In this document: positions 39,541 through 53,882 of the stretch, in pieces
Position numbering within the stretch: position 1 is the stretch's first letter
How the letters are laid out: the number at the start of each line of letters is the position of its first letter
Source of the DNA: Eledone cirrhosa
Lineage: Eukaryota
Assembly: GCA_964016885.1 (NCBI GenBank)
Contig: OZ024757.1
Location: forward strand, 5,270,001-5,334,000
Direction: 5' to 3'
Length of the DNA stretch: 64,000 bases
Notes under the pieces: model-generated
The model's database searches: none
Told to the model about the DNA's origin: nothing
Seen by the model: the letters and a program-made list of their open reading frames with translations, nothing else
Translations under genes and position numbers: made by a program

Positions 39541-40675
39541 ATATGATTTTTAGAGAAAAGATATGATATATAATGGTGAAAATATGATATAGTGTGAAAT
39601 TAGGACATAGAAGTGATTGAATGAATGGGTTCGGATGGAGAGAAGAATCGAGAAAAAAAAATTGGGCATAATTTAACAATAAACGAAAATACAAGATTTG
39701 TTTTGTTTAAGAAATTACGATAGAGAAAATGCGGTGATAGGGGAAGTATGATTTTTAGAGAAAAGATATGATATATAATGGTGAAAATATGATATAGTGT
39801 GAAATTAGGACATAGAAGTGATTGAATGAATGGGTTCGGATGGAGAGAAGAATCGAGAAAGAAATTGGGCATAATTTAACAATAAACGAAAATACAAGAT
39901 TAGTTTTGTTTAAGAAATTACGATAGAGAAAATGCGGTGATAGGGAAAATATGATTTTTAGAGAAAAGATATGATATATAATGGTGAAAATATGATATAG
40001 TGTGAAATTAGGACATAGAAGTGATTGAATGAATGGGTTCGGATGGAGAGAAGAATCGAGAAAAAAATTGGGCATAATTTAACAATAAACGAAAATACAA
40101 GATTTGTTTTGTTTAAGAAATTACGATAGAGAAAATGCGGTGATAGGGGAAGTATGATTTTTAGAGAAAAGATATGATATATAATGGTGAAAATATGATA
40201 TAGTGTGAAATTAGGACATAGAAGTGATTGAATGAATGGGTTCGGATGGAGAGAAGAATCGAGAAAAAAATTGGGCATAATTTAACAATAAACGAAAATA
40301 CAAGATTTGTTTTGTTTAAGAAATTACGATAGAGAAAATGCGGTGATAGGGGAAGTATGATTTTTAGAGAAAAGATATGATATATAATGGTGAAAATATG
40401 ATATAGTGTGAAATTAGGACATAGAAGTGATTGAATGAATGGGTTCGGATGGAGAGAAGAATCGAGAAAGAAATTGGGCATAATTTAACAATAAACGAAA
40501 ATACAAGATTTGTTTTGTTTAGGAAATTACGATAGAGAAAATGCGGTGATAGGGGAAGTATGATTTTTAGAGAAAAGATATGATATATAATGGTGAAAAT
40601 ATGATATAGTGTGAAATTAGGACATAGAAGTGATTGAATGAATGGGTTCGGATGGAGAGAAGAATCGAGAAAAAT
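39541..40675. repeat. 203-bp tandem repeat, about 5.6 copies, sharing a core with the 119-bp unit
   Basis: Near-identical ORFs offset by 203 bp; shared segment tgggcat(g/a)atttaacaataaacg...gcggtgatagg. Confidence 0.95.
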
Positions 40676-41246
40676 TTGAACGTTACTTTATACCGAAGGG
40701 AACAGCCATCCCAGAAATAGCGAGTTGGCGATTTTGATTAATTTTGGTAGGGTTTTATCTTATATGTATAGAGAGGGAGGGGGGGGCAGGAACCAGCATG
40801 ATGAATGGGTAGGGGGTAGAATATGGGATGGAGCAGAGGTTAAAAGTTTAAATAGGTACTCGAAGATTTGCGTAAAACTTAGCAAGTTTAACAAATTATA
40901 TTTAAAGGAATATATAATAGTGATAGCGAGATTGTAACGTTTAAGATAAGATCGCCGTATTTTGGGCATGATTTAACAATAAACGAAAATACAAGATTTG
41001 TTTTGTTTAAGAAATTACGATGTTAATGTATTGTCCTCAAAATAAGTAATATCAAAGTCTCATAGATTCAATATTATGTGAGATAAAGACTTTACCATGA
41101 AAATATAATAGTAAATATAGAGTAATGTAAATGCTACAGGGTTAATAGCTCTATCTACTGTGCTGTTTCACTACTAGGTCACCCCCTGTCTGGCTGATAC
41201 TTTGTTCCAGCCCCAAATCTCATCAATTATTCCAAAGAAATTGTCA

Positions 41247-41555
41247 ATTATATATGTGTGTTTGTGGGTATTGAACATTGAAAATAAAACAAAAGTCTGA
41301 GATATGGTTCATTGTTTTACAATAGTTTCAGAGGGTTGATTGATCATGGTAAATCAATATATTGATACGGTGTGATTGATCAGGGATTTTGAGACTAGAA
41401 ATAGTTAGTGACATAACAACTACCTGTTTGTCAATATATCAATCTACCATGATCAATCAAACCTCTGAAATGATCGTAAAACAATGAACTAATCAAGAAC
41501 ATATCTTTGTCTCTAGTTTTACTTTCATTGTTCAAAACACACACATATATATAAA
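41247..41555. mobile_element. Degenerate palindromic MITE-like element
   Basis: gttcattgttttac...tttcagagggttgattgatcatggta is inverted as taccatgatcaatcaaacctctgaaa...gtaaaacaatgaac; one arm recurs near 34665-34730. Confidence 0.6.
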
Positions 41556-41744
41556 TGACTCTGTAACTCTAGAGGAATCTTTGAAGGAACCTTATGTGAT
41601 GAGATCCTACTACAAAAACTATAACTTTCACCACCCAATCTTGTGGAAACCATCTCTTCAAGGCTGCAATGAGTTCTAACAATGTTATCGGTCTCTCCCT
41701 AAACATTTGAATACTAGTATATATAGTATATATAATATATATAT

Positions 41745-43350
41745 CATCATCATCATTTTACGGCCGCATTTCCCTGCTTGCAAGGATGGGATAAGTCCTA
41801 TTCAGCATCTCTCCACTTTATGTGACAGTAGTCACATAAATTGCTACAAAGGTAAAGGGGATACTCTGGAGAGGAGCAATTATAGGGGTATATAACTGAC
41901 GGATCAGCTTGCAAGGGTGGGACGGGTCTTACTCAACACAGTATCTCTCCACTTGTCACGGTCCTCCGTCATCTCCTCGGTGAGTTTCAGTGATCTGAGG
42001 TCTGCCCTCACCACCTCCGCCCATGTTTGTCGTGGTCTTCCTCTACTGTGTCTACCTTCAACTGGTATTTCTTGGCACTTCTTTACCCAGCGGTAATCCT
42101 CCATGCACATCACATGTCCATACCATCTCAGTCTTCTCTCCTGCACACCACAACTTAACCCTCTTATACCTAGTTTCCTTCTCAACTCGTCTATGCTTGG
42201 TCGTTCGCATATGTTGACATTGCACATCCAATGGAGCAAGCTTGCTTCATTTCTCTCCAACTGTCGCATATCCTTAGCAGTTGCTGCCCATGTCTTACTA
42301 CCATGCAGCATCGCGCATCTCAAACAGGCATCTTATAACCGTCCTTTCGTATGCAGGGAGAAACCCTTCTTTGTCAACAGAGAAAGCAGCTCCCTAAACT
42401 TCTTCCAACCCATCCTTATTCTGGATACTATGGCCTTGGACCCCCCCCCCCCTCCCATGCTAATCTGATCACCTAGGTACCGGAAGCTATCAACCACTTC
42501 TATAGAACCCACCTGCATTGAAAAATGTGTCTATCACTGAGATTACTACTGCCAACTTTCCCTGTACATCTACTGCATACTTAGTTTGCCTGCTATCCCA
42601 CTATATCTCTTGTTTACCCAAGATCTGCATTGCGTACATTTTATGGAATTTATGCCAGTTCCTTTCCCATATATCGAACATGGCCATTTCCCTGATGGAA
42701 TCAAAGTATTGTCCTCTTTTCTACTCATCAACACTTTTGTTTAAACTATGTTCACTCTCAGGCCTCTTGATTCCAACTGCTGTTTCCATAGCCAGAATTT
42801 ATTCTCTAGCTCCTCTACTGATTCTGCTATATGGACCAGATCATCAGCATAGAGAAGTTCCCATGGGCATCCAGTCTTAAACTCTTCTGTTATGGCTTGG
42901 AGTACTATAATAAACAAGAGAGGGCTGAGGACCTAACCTTGATGTACACCTGCTTGTATCTGGAATTCCTCACTAAACTCCATTCCTATTCTCACTTTAC
43001 TGACAGCACCCCTGTACATAGCTTGCACTGTCCTCACAAGCTATTCATCTACACCTAGTTTCCATAGGGACCATCAGATGACAGATTGGGGTACCCTATC
43101 AAAGGCCTTCCCTAGGTCAACAAAAGCTAAGTATAGTGGCTTATTCTTCTCTAAGAACCTCTCTTATAGTTGCCTCACTAAGAAGAGGGCATCTGTTGTA
43201 CTCTTCCGAGGCACGAAACCAAACTGCACCTCATCTGGTCTGACCCTTTCTCTAATCAGCTGCGCTAATATTCTCTCTGCCACTTTCATAACCTGATCCA
43301 TCAGCTTTATGCCCCTATAATTGCTCCTTTCCAGAGCATCCCCTTTACCT
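41745..43350 (-). mobile_element. RTE LINE 3' half, second subfamily (like 19405-20735)
   Basis: LRWYGHVMC, DSFRYLGDQIS and RT motifs, broken by frameshifts. Confidence 0.9.
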
Positions 43351-43375
43351 CATATATGTATATATATATATATGT

Positions 43376-43520
43376 GGAGGCACATGGCTTAGTGGTTAGA
43401 GCATTGGCCTTGCAATCGAAAGGTTGTGAGTTCAATTCTCAGACCGGGTGATGTGTTGTTTCCTTGAGCAAGACCCTTTATTTCACATTGCTCCAGTTTA
43501 CTCAGCTGTAGAAATGAGAT
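43376..43520 (+). mobile_element. SINE family B
   Basis: TGGCTTAGTGG...GAGTTCAATTC...ccttgagcaagac. Confidence 0.8.
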
Positions 43521-43644
43521 GATAGGGACTCGGGTCCATATCATTCCACTGCAGAGTGGTCATGGAGGTGCCACGGCAAAAAAGCACCCAGCACTCACTG
43601 TAAATGAGGTTGGTGTTAGGAAGGGCATCCAGCTGTAGAAATCT

Positions 43645-44600
43645 TTTTAATCTACATAAGTCTTCCACCTTCAGTGCCCAGGTCTCGCTACCATGTAACA
43701 TTGCTGTTCGGATACACGCAACATACAGTCTGCCTTTCATTTTGAGGTTCCTAATCAACTGTGATATAACTCTTTCTGTTACTTTCATGACCTGGTCCAT
43801 CAGCTTTATACCTCTATAGTTTCCTCTATCTAGTGCATCACCTTTACCTTTGTAGCAGTTGACAATGATGCTACTGCACCAATCTTTTGGTATGACACCT
43901 TCTAGTATTACCTGGTTAACAATACGTGTGGTTATAGTGTGACCTACAGACCCAGATGCCTTCAGCATCTCAGCAGCTATACTCGATGGACCGGTTGCCT
44001 TCCCCATCTTCATATCTTTGATTGCCTTACTTACTACGCTGCTGCTAACTTGTATTGCTGGCCCCTCTATAGGGTCTACTTGGGGTAGGGTCTCTTCTTT
44101 CCATGCATTCTCCTCATTTAATAATCTATCATAATGGCTCTTCCATGCATCTTTCTTCTCAGCACTTGTGAGGGCAAGCTCTGCTTTATCAATCCAGATA
44201 CACTTCTCTCCAATGACATCACAATTATCTCTGACACACTGCCTCGCAATCTTGAACACCTCCTGTTTCTGGTCCCCACATTGCAAAACATGCTTGAATT
44301 TTCCTATCCTCTGCTTCCCTGCTAGCTAAGTATACTTGTCGCCTAGCTTCCCTCCTGGTCTCTATGTAATGTACCCTGCTTCCCCCGTTTGTCCATTCTT
44401 TCCATGCCTGTCTCTTGGCCTTAACTGTCTCATCTACCTTATTGTTCCACCACCAAGTCACTCTCCTCCTGCTTGTGGTCTTACTCCAGCCACAGATCTC
44501 ATCCGTCGCCTCTAGTAAGTTATTTTTTAGGAACTCCCAGTGCTCTTCTACATTGAATGTCTGTATCTGTTCTTCTTTACTGTCGTAGGCTTTGAGTAAA
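43645..44600 (-). mobile_element. RTE fragment with the RT core deleted in frame
   Basis: ORF 43498-44286 joins VISQLIR directly to NLKMKGRLY. Confidence 0.85.
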
Positions 44601-44629
44601 ATATCTTTAAATTATATATATATATATAT

Positions 44630-45036
44630 ACACAATTTTCTTTCCCCGACATCAGTCTTACACTGTCATATCTATTCTTACTTTACAATTGTGTCTACTA
44701 AGAGTTCCATTACAATCTGTAGTAGTAAAATTACTATTTCACCAGAACATCTGCTATCAGTCATTTATAGACAATATATATATTTTAGACCACATATCAA
44801 CCTAATATATATATATTTCCTATCAAATCTGTAGCTAAAGACATAAAGTCAGTCTCACTACTTCATGCTGACAAGATATCAATTTATGACTAAAGATGAA
44901 GATACACCAACGTTAATGTCGTGAAATAAAGCTGATAACATTGAAACTTCTAATTTGATAACAAAGAGATTATTTCTTTGGTTGTTTAGTAACAACTAAC
45001 AACACAACACATTGATTATATATGAAGGAGGTAAGT
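44630..45036 (+). other. Repeated upstream-exon module, copy 3 (donor GT at 45031); probable upstream exon of the ZNF gene
   Basis: Ends ATG AAG GAG|GTAAGT; it is the nearest module upstream of the acceptor at 51853. Confidence 0.6.
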
Positions 45037-45391
45037 TGACAAACATTTACTTAATGTCTATATTAATGTATATCTTTAAATAATATAATTATGTGAACCC
45101 TACAACGACCCAGTATTAATATATACAAGTGAAAATATATATAACAACATTAGAAAAATATATTTCTTCCTCCACTTTTATATATAGAAAAAACACTTCC
45201 AAACTGAAATGTTGATGTGATATTTTTCAATCATCAGATTCCACTGTTACATGTGATATAAAATATATTGTTATCATGACTGTCTTTATTATTTAATTAC
45301 CTCCGTCTATATTTCAACCACTGGAACAACCTCAAACAAGAAACAGTTGTCACCCACAGTCTACATTTTAATGTAAGATATCGAAATAAAG

Positions 45392-46011
45392 GGCACTGTC
45401 GTGGTATTAGCTGTCAGAAAGAAGGTGACATCAGTCGTCAACCTTCTCAATCCTTTATTTCCGTATCACTGTTCCGTTTATTTACGTTTATGATTTTATT
45501 TATGGGGACCAAATAACCCCGTAATTTTCGAGAGAAACGATAATATACAATCTTATTTAACATGTGTATTAAAAACTACACTAGCTGTTACAATTGTAAT
45601 TAACGTGTAAGAACTTAAATGAAAATATAGGTGGCCCTTAAAAGGGCCGGTGTTGAAACAAGTCATGGTTATCAAATTAAGAAAACAAATTTAAGTTCAA
45701 CATCGACCCTTTTAAGGGCCACCTATATTTTCATTTAAGTTCTTACACATTAATTACAATTGTAACAGCTAGTGTAGTTTTTAATGCACATGTTAAATAA
45801 GATTGTATATTATCGTTTCTCTCGAAAATTACGGGGTTATTTGGTCCCCATATATTTTTTAATAAGTGTATCTCATCGTAAACGTATCTCTTAGAAAATC
45901 CTAAACATAAATAAAGGGAATAGTGATACGGAAATAAAGGATTGAGAAGGTTGACGAATGACGTCACCTTCTTCTACTTTCACTTCTGACAGCTAATACC
46001 ATGACACTGCC
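45392..46011. mobile_element. Fold-back MULE-like element with long TIRs
   Basis: Arms 45392-45658 and 45696-46011 are inverted; GG...CC termini; imperfect 9-bp TSD gaaataaag / gaaatatat. Confidence 0.75.
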
Positions 46012-46065
46012 GAAATATATGTTATGAGTGTATATAGATAGATGTATGTTGTGTGTGTATATATA

Positions 46066-46650
46066 CAGTAATCCCCCGCTATATCGCGGTTCACTTTTCG
46101 CGGTCCCGTTACATCGCGGATATGTCTTTGGAACGTATCTAATTTCCTATCGCGGTAATCCTCGCCAAGTCGCGGATTATTCGTTAGAACATGTCTAGTT
46201 TCTTATCGCGGTACGTCTGAATAAAAAGTGTTTAAAATTTAAACTTATTAAATAAGTTTCAATGTTATTAAAGTGTATATCGTAAGGAAGGGACATCTTA
46301 AGGCTTTAATTATAAACAAATGTTTTTATTTTTCATTCCATTACTGTTTTACTGATTGTGTTTTGCTCTAATCTACTACAAACCCTTCATAGATTGACGG
46401 GAGATGTGCAGTGTATTACCAAGTGGCTACCGTAGCTGGCAATAGTCCTCATTGGTAACTAGTGGTATGATGGTTGGTGGTAGTTTCTATACGATCGTTA
46501 CTGGCTATTTTTGGTGTTTAAATACAAAAGTGTGTTTTAATGAGTTTATATGTACTTAAAGCATGTATGAGAGGTATTTTAAGGCTTAAACTATGGAAAC
46601 AACGGTTGTCTTTATGGTCTCTCTATATCACGGTTGGTTCTGGAACGTAT
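46066..46650 (+). mobile_element. Tigger/pogo-like non-autonomous DNA transposon, right end truncated by a SINE
   Basis: ta-CAGTAATCCCCCGCTATATCGCGGTTCAC start; atcgcgg subrepeats; ctggaacgta near the end. Confidence 0.6.
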
Positions 46651-46651
46651 C

Positions 46652-46840
46652 CTGGCTTAGTGGTTAGAGCATTGGGCTTACAATTAAAAGGTGGTGAGTT
46701 CGTTTCTCGGACAGGGTGTTGTGTTGTGTCCTTGAGCAAGACACTTTATTTCACGTTGCTCCAGTTTACTCAGCTGTAGAAATGAGTTGTGATGTCACTA
46801 GTGCCAAGCTGTATCGGCCTTAACCTTTCTCTTGGACATA
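46652..46840 (+). mobile_element. SINE family B with its 3' tail
   Basis: A and B boxes, core segment, and tail gttgtgatgtcactagtgccaagctgtatcggcc. Confidence 0.8.
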
Positions 46841-47228
46841 TATATAGTGTATATATACTCTATAATATATATAGTGTATATATATACTGTATAATATATA
46901 TAGTGTATATATACTGTATAATATATATATAGTGTATATATACAGTATAATATATATAGTGTATATATACTGTATAATATATATATAGTGTATATATACT
47001 GTATAATATATATAGTGTATATATACTGTATAATATATATAGTGTATATATACTGTATAATATATATAGTGTATATATACTGTATAATATATATAGTGTA
47101 TATATACTGTATAATATATATAGTGTATATATACTGTATAATATATATAGTGTATATATTCTGTATAATATATATACTGTATAATATATATAGTGTATAT
47201 ATACTGTATAATATATATAGTATATATA
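46841..47228. repeat. AT-rich minisatellite, about 27-bp unit
   Basis: tagtgtatatatactgtataatatata. Confidence 0.9.
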
Positions 47229-47334
47229 TGTTGTGATGTTACTAGTCCCAAGCTGTATCGGCCATAGCCTTTCTCTTGGACATATATATCTTGTATAGAT
47301 ACTGTATAATATATATAGTGTATATATATGTATA

Positions 47335-49060
47335 TCATCATCACTGTTTTACGTCCCTTCTTCCACGGTAGTATGGGTTAGACAGGTTGTCCTGTTGTGG
47401 GCAGTGCCAGGTGGGGTGACCTTGTCTTGCTTAGATGGGAACCGATTTTGGCTTGATTTCTACAGCTGAATGCCCTTCCTAACACCAACCTCACAGTGAG
47501 TGATGGGTGCTTTTTTGTTGTGACACCTCCACGACCACTTTACAGTGGGAGGGGTTGGGGGCATATTGTCGATGTGCTTCGGCTTGTACCCAGGGGCTAC
47601 AACACAACCTCCTCTGCTGCACACAGCATTTGATTCCTCTTATGCTCAGTCTCTCTCTCAATTTGTTAATGCTTTGCCGTTCACGTATATTACTATTACA
47701 CATCCATCGGAGCATGCAAGCTTCGTTTCTTTCTAATCTACGCAAGTCTTCTACAAACAGCGCCCAGGTCTCACTACCATGTAACATTGCTGTTCATATG
47801 CACGCATGATACAGTCTGCCTTTCATTTTGAGGGAAAAGCCTTTTGCAGCTAGCAGTGGCAGTAGCTCCCTGAACTTCTTCAATCCCGTTGTTACCCTGG
47901 TTACTGTACTTTCAGAACACCCATCTCCGTTGCTTATTCGGTCACCTAGGTAGCAAAAGCTGTCTATTGTTTCTACAGAGCTCTCCCAGAGTTTGGTGGT
48001 GCTTGTTTCTTTAGTTCTGCCATAGATTCAGCTATAAGTGTAAGATCATCCACATATAGGAATTCCTATGGGCATCAGGTCTTAAACTCCTCTGTTATAG
48101 CCTGCAATACTATTATAAACAGGAGAAGGCTAAGAACAGAGCCCTGGTAGACACCGACTTGTATGTTAAATTCCTCGCTATAGTAATTGTTAAGCCTAAC
48201 TTTACTAACATGTCCCTATACATGGCTTGTACAGCTTTCACAAGCCACTAATCTACTGCTAGTTTTCTAAGAGCCCACCAGATTATAGCACAGAGCACTC
48301 TGTTGAAGACTTTTTCCATATCGACAAGAGCCAGGTAGAGCGGCTTGCTTTTAGCTAGGTACTTTACCTGTAACTGCCTCACAAGGAAGATAGCATCAGT
48401 GGTGTTTTTTCCTGGCCCAAGCCCAAACTGCATCTCACTTAGTTTTACCCAGTCCCTGATCAACTGTGCTATGACATTTTCCATTACTTTCATGACCTGG
48501 TCCATCAGCTTTATACATCTATAGTTTATTCTATCTAGTGCATCTCCTTTACCCTTGTAGCAGTTGACGATGATGCTGCTGCACCAATCCTTTGGTATGA
48601 CACCCTATAGTATTACCTGGTTAACAATATGTGTGGTTATTACTTTATCTACCCATTTGTCAGCTAATAGTATATCTACACCACCCATCCCATTGTCATT
48701 TCCCACCCAGAAAAATTTATAGCACTAACTTTTGCCTACAAGGACTCTAGCGAACTCTCCTCTCTACCTAGTCTCTTGCACACAGCATACGTCAATATCC
48801 TTTCACTCTAGCATGTCTATAATTTCTCCTTCCCTTCCTTTCATTGTGCTTATGTTGATGCTGCCAACTCAGAGTTTTGGACATTTGCCATCATTTGTGG
48901 GAGAGGGTGAATTTTTGCAGGGGAGTGTGTATGCTTCCTGTCTCTGAATTAAAGCTTTGCATGGGAGCTTGGTAACTCGCGGATTCATATTCATTTATTT
49001 ATTCGGGGTTGTTCCATTTATCCTTCGCTCCTTCATACGTAACAGTAATCAAGAATTCTT
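47335..49060 (-). mobile_element. Multiply deleted RTE copy retaining the APE N-terminus
   Basis: LHGSETWAL and MDQVMKV...QFGL fragments; the FWVGNDNG-like region near 48690. Confidence 0.85.
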
Positions 49061-49069
49061 TGGTGCAGG

Positions 49070-50240
49070 GCTAGAAGGACAGTAGTAGTAGTGGCAGAGT
49101 TTGTTGGGGCTGGTAAGGTCTAGAAGGCCAGTAGTAGTAATGGCAGAGTTTGTTGGGGCTGGTAAGGTCTAGAAGGACAGTAGTAGTAATAGCAGAGTTT
49201 GTTGGGCTGGTAAGGGTTAGAAGGACAGTAGTAGTAATGGCAGAGTTTGTTTGGGCTGGTAAGGTCTAGGAGGCCAGTAGTAGTAATGGCAGCATTTGTT
49301 GGGGTTGGTAAAGGCTAGAAGGACAGTAGTAATAATGGCAGAGTTTGTTGGGGCTGGTAAGGTCTAGAAGGCCAGTAGTAGTAATGGCAGAGTTTGTTGG
49401 GGCTGGTAAGGTCTAGAAGGCCAGTAGTAGTAATGGCAGAGTTTGTTGGGGCTGGTAAGGGTTAGAAGGACAGTAGTAGTAATGGCAGAGTTTGTTGGGG
49501 CTGGTAAGGGTTAGAAGGACAGTAGTAGTAATGGCAGAGTTTGTTGGGGCTGGTAAGGTCTAGAAGGACAGTAGTAGTAATGGCAGAGTTTGTTGGGGCT
49601 GGTAAGGGCTAGAAGGACAGTAGTAGTAATGGCAGTGTTTGTTAGGGCTGGTAAGGGCTAGAAGGACAGTAGTAGTAATGGCAGAGTTTCTTGGGGCTGG
49701 TAAGGCCTAGAAGGACAGTAGTAGTAATGGCAGAGTTTGTTGGGGCTGGTAAGGGCTAGAAGGACAGTAGTAGTAATGGGAGAGTTTGTTTGGGCTGGTA
49801 AGGGCTAGAAGGACAATAGTAGTAATGACAGTTTCTTGGGGCTGGTAAGGCCTAGAAGGACAGTAGTAGTAATGGCAGAGTTTGTTGGGGCTAGTAAGGG
49901 CTAGAAGGTCAGTAGTAGTAATGGCAGAGTTTGTTGGGGCTAGTAAGGGCTAGAAGGACAGTCGTAGTAATGACAGAGTTTGTTGGGGCTGGTAAGGGCT
50001 AGAAGGACAGTAGTAGTAATGGCAGAGTTTGTTGGGGCTGGTAAGGTCTAGAAGGACAGTAGTAGTAATGGCAGAGTTTGTTTGGGCTGGTAAGGTCTAG
50101 AAGGACAGTAGTAGTAATGGCAGAGTTTGTTGGGGTTGGTAAGGGCTAGAAGGACAGTAGTAGTAATGGCAGAGTTTGTTGGGGCTGGTAAGGGCTAGAA
50201 GGACAGTAGTAGTAATGGCAGAGTTTGTTGGGGTTGGTAA
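49070..50240. repeat. 49-bp minisatellite, about 24 copies
   Basis: agaaggacagtagtagtaatggcagagtttgttggggctggtaagggct. Confidence 0.95.
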
Positions 50241-50673
50241 TGGGTAAGGACATGTTGCTGAGGTTTGATTGGTCAAATAGCCAGTGGTGGGGAGTGGGAA
50301 ATTGTGAGATAGGTAGCCATCATGACATATATCATCACAGGAGATTCGAGGGAAATAAGCAGATATAAGTAGACATATTACACAAGGCAAATATGCAAGA
50401 ATTTCGAAGATGGACACTTAGCTTTGGAAACACCGAAATGAATGAGTGAGAGAAAGGGGAGGTAATGGCGGGGGTTCGGGATAAGTTTGTAGAGAAAGAC
50501 ACAATGTCCAACATGGTTTATATCAAAAACAAGGTCGAAGTATATACATTGTGGAAACAAGTGAATGATAATAATAAGAACGTAAATAGAACATTTTGAA
50601 ACTGGGGAAGAGAGATAGCTGTAGAATAGAAATAATCTATGGATGTCTGGGATATAAGTATACATAAATATAT

Positions 50674-50858
50674 GTTGTGATGTCACTGGTGCCAAGCTGT
50701 GTCAGCCATTGCCTTTCCCTTGGACAACATATATGGTGTATATATATATATATATAGTGTATATATATGTTGTGATGTCACTGGTGCCAAGCTGTGTCAG
50801 CCATTGCCTTTCCCTTGGACAACATATATGGTGTATGATAGATATTGTACACAGTGTA

Positions 50859-50897
<39 letters not shown>

Positions 50898-50996
50898 TAT
50901 ATATATGTTGTGATGTCACTGGTGCCAAGCTGTATCAGCCATTACATTTCCCTTGGACAACATATATAGTGTATGATAGATATTGTACACAGTGTA

Positions 50997-51028
<32 letters not shown>

Positions 51029-51240
51029 GTGTATATATATGTTGTGATGTCACTGGTGCCAAGCTGTGTCAGGCATTGCCTTTCCCTTGGACATATATAT
51101 AGTGTATATATACTGTATAATATATATAGTGTATATATATGTTGTGATGTCACAAGTGCCAAGCTGTATCGGCCATAGCCTTTCTCTTGGACAACATACA
51201 ACATATATAGGGTATTATATATACTGTACACAATGTATAT
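50674..51240 (+). repeat. Tandem array derived from the SINE-B tail plus (TA)n
   Basis: gttgtgatgtcactggtgccaagctg at 50674, 50769, 50907, 51041 and 51141. Confidence 0.85.
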
Positions 51241-51244
51241 ATAC

Positions 51245-51750
51245 ATCATCATCGTTTAACGTCCATCTTCCACGCTAGCATGGGTTTGGACGGGAGTTTT
51301 GCCACTTGAGGCAAGAATGGTTGTCTTGCTCGCATAGGACTGTCTGGTGGGTTTTCTACGGCTGGATGCCCTTCCTAACACCAACCACATTTACAGTGTG
51401 GACTGGGAGGTTTTTACCGTGTTACCTACACGACCACATTACAGCGTGGACTGTGTGTTTTTTTTTTTGTCGTGACACCTACACGACCTAATTTGTTACA
51501 GACTGGATGTTGTGGTACCAACATAATTTCACATTTAAGGGGGTGGTGTGGATGGGGTGGGGGTGTATTTTGTTAGAGGTGCCTACTGACTGTTGCTTTC
51601 AGCAGGTTCACTTTCAAGGATTGCCACTGTTCCTCTATATTGCATGTCTCTAATTGATCTTCCTTATTGTCAAAGGCATCAAGTAATAGGCTTTTAAATT
51701 TTTCACTGGCTATGGGGTCCTTTAACTTCCATAATCTTCTACTCAAGGTA
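51245..51750 (-). mobile_element. RTE 3'UTR fused to an internal ORF fragment
   Basis: Matches about 35120-35595 (without its internal duplication), then jumps to sequence like 14570-14730. Confidence 0.8.
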
Positions 51751-51853
51751 GTCTACAATTTACCAATATAGAAATATAACATTTCCACTGTTAAATCTAT
51801 CTCTGCTTCTAAAGTATTCTGTATTATCTCATACTGTTTCTTTCTTATTTCAG

Positions 51854-53882
<2,029 letters not shown>

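Noticed and set aside
39437-40481. Repeated 85-106 aa hydrophobic ORFs (MPNFFLDSS...)
   Set aside because: By-products of the 203-bp repeat; the unit length is not a multiple of 3 and there is no domain.
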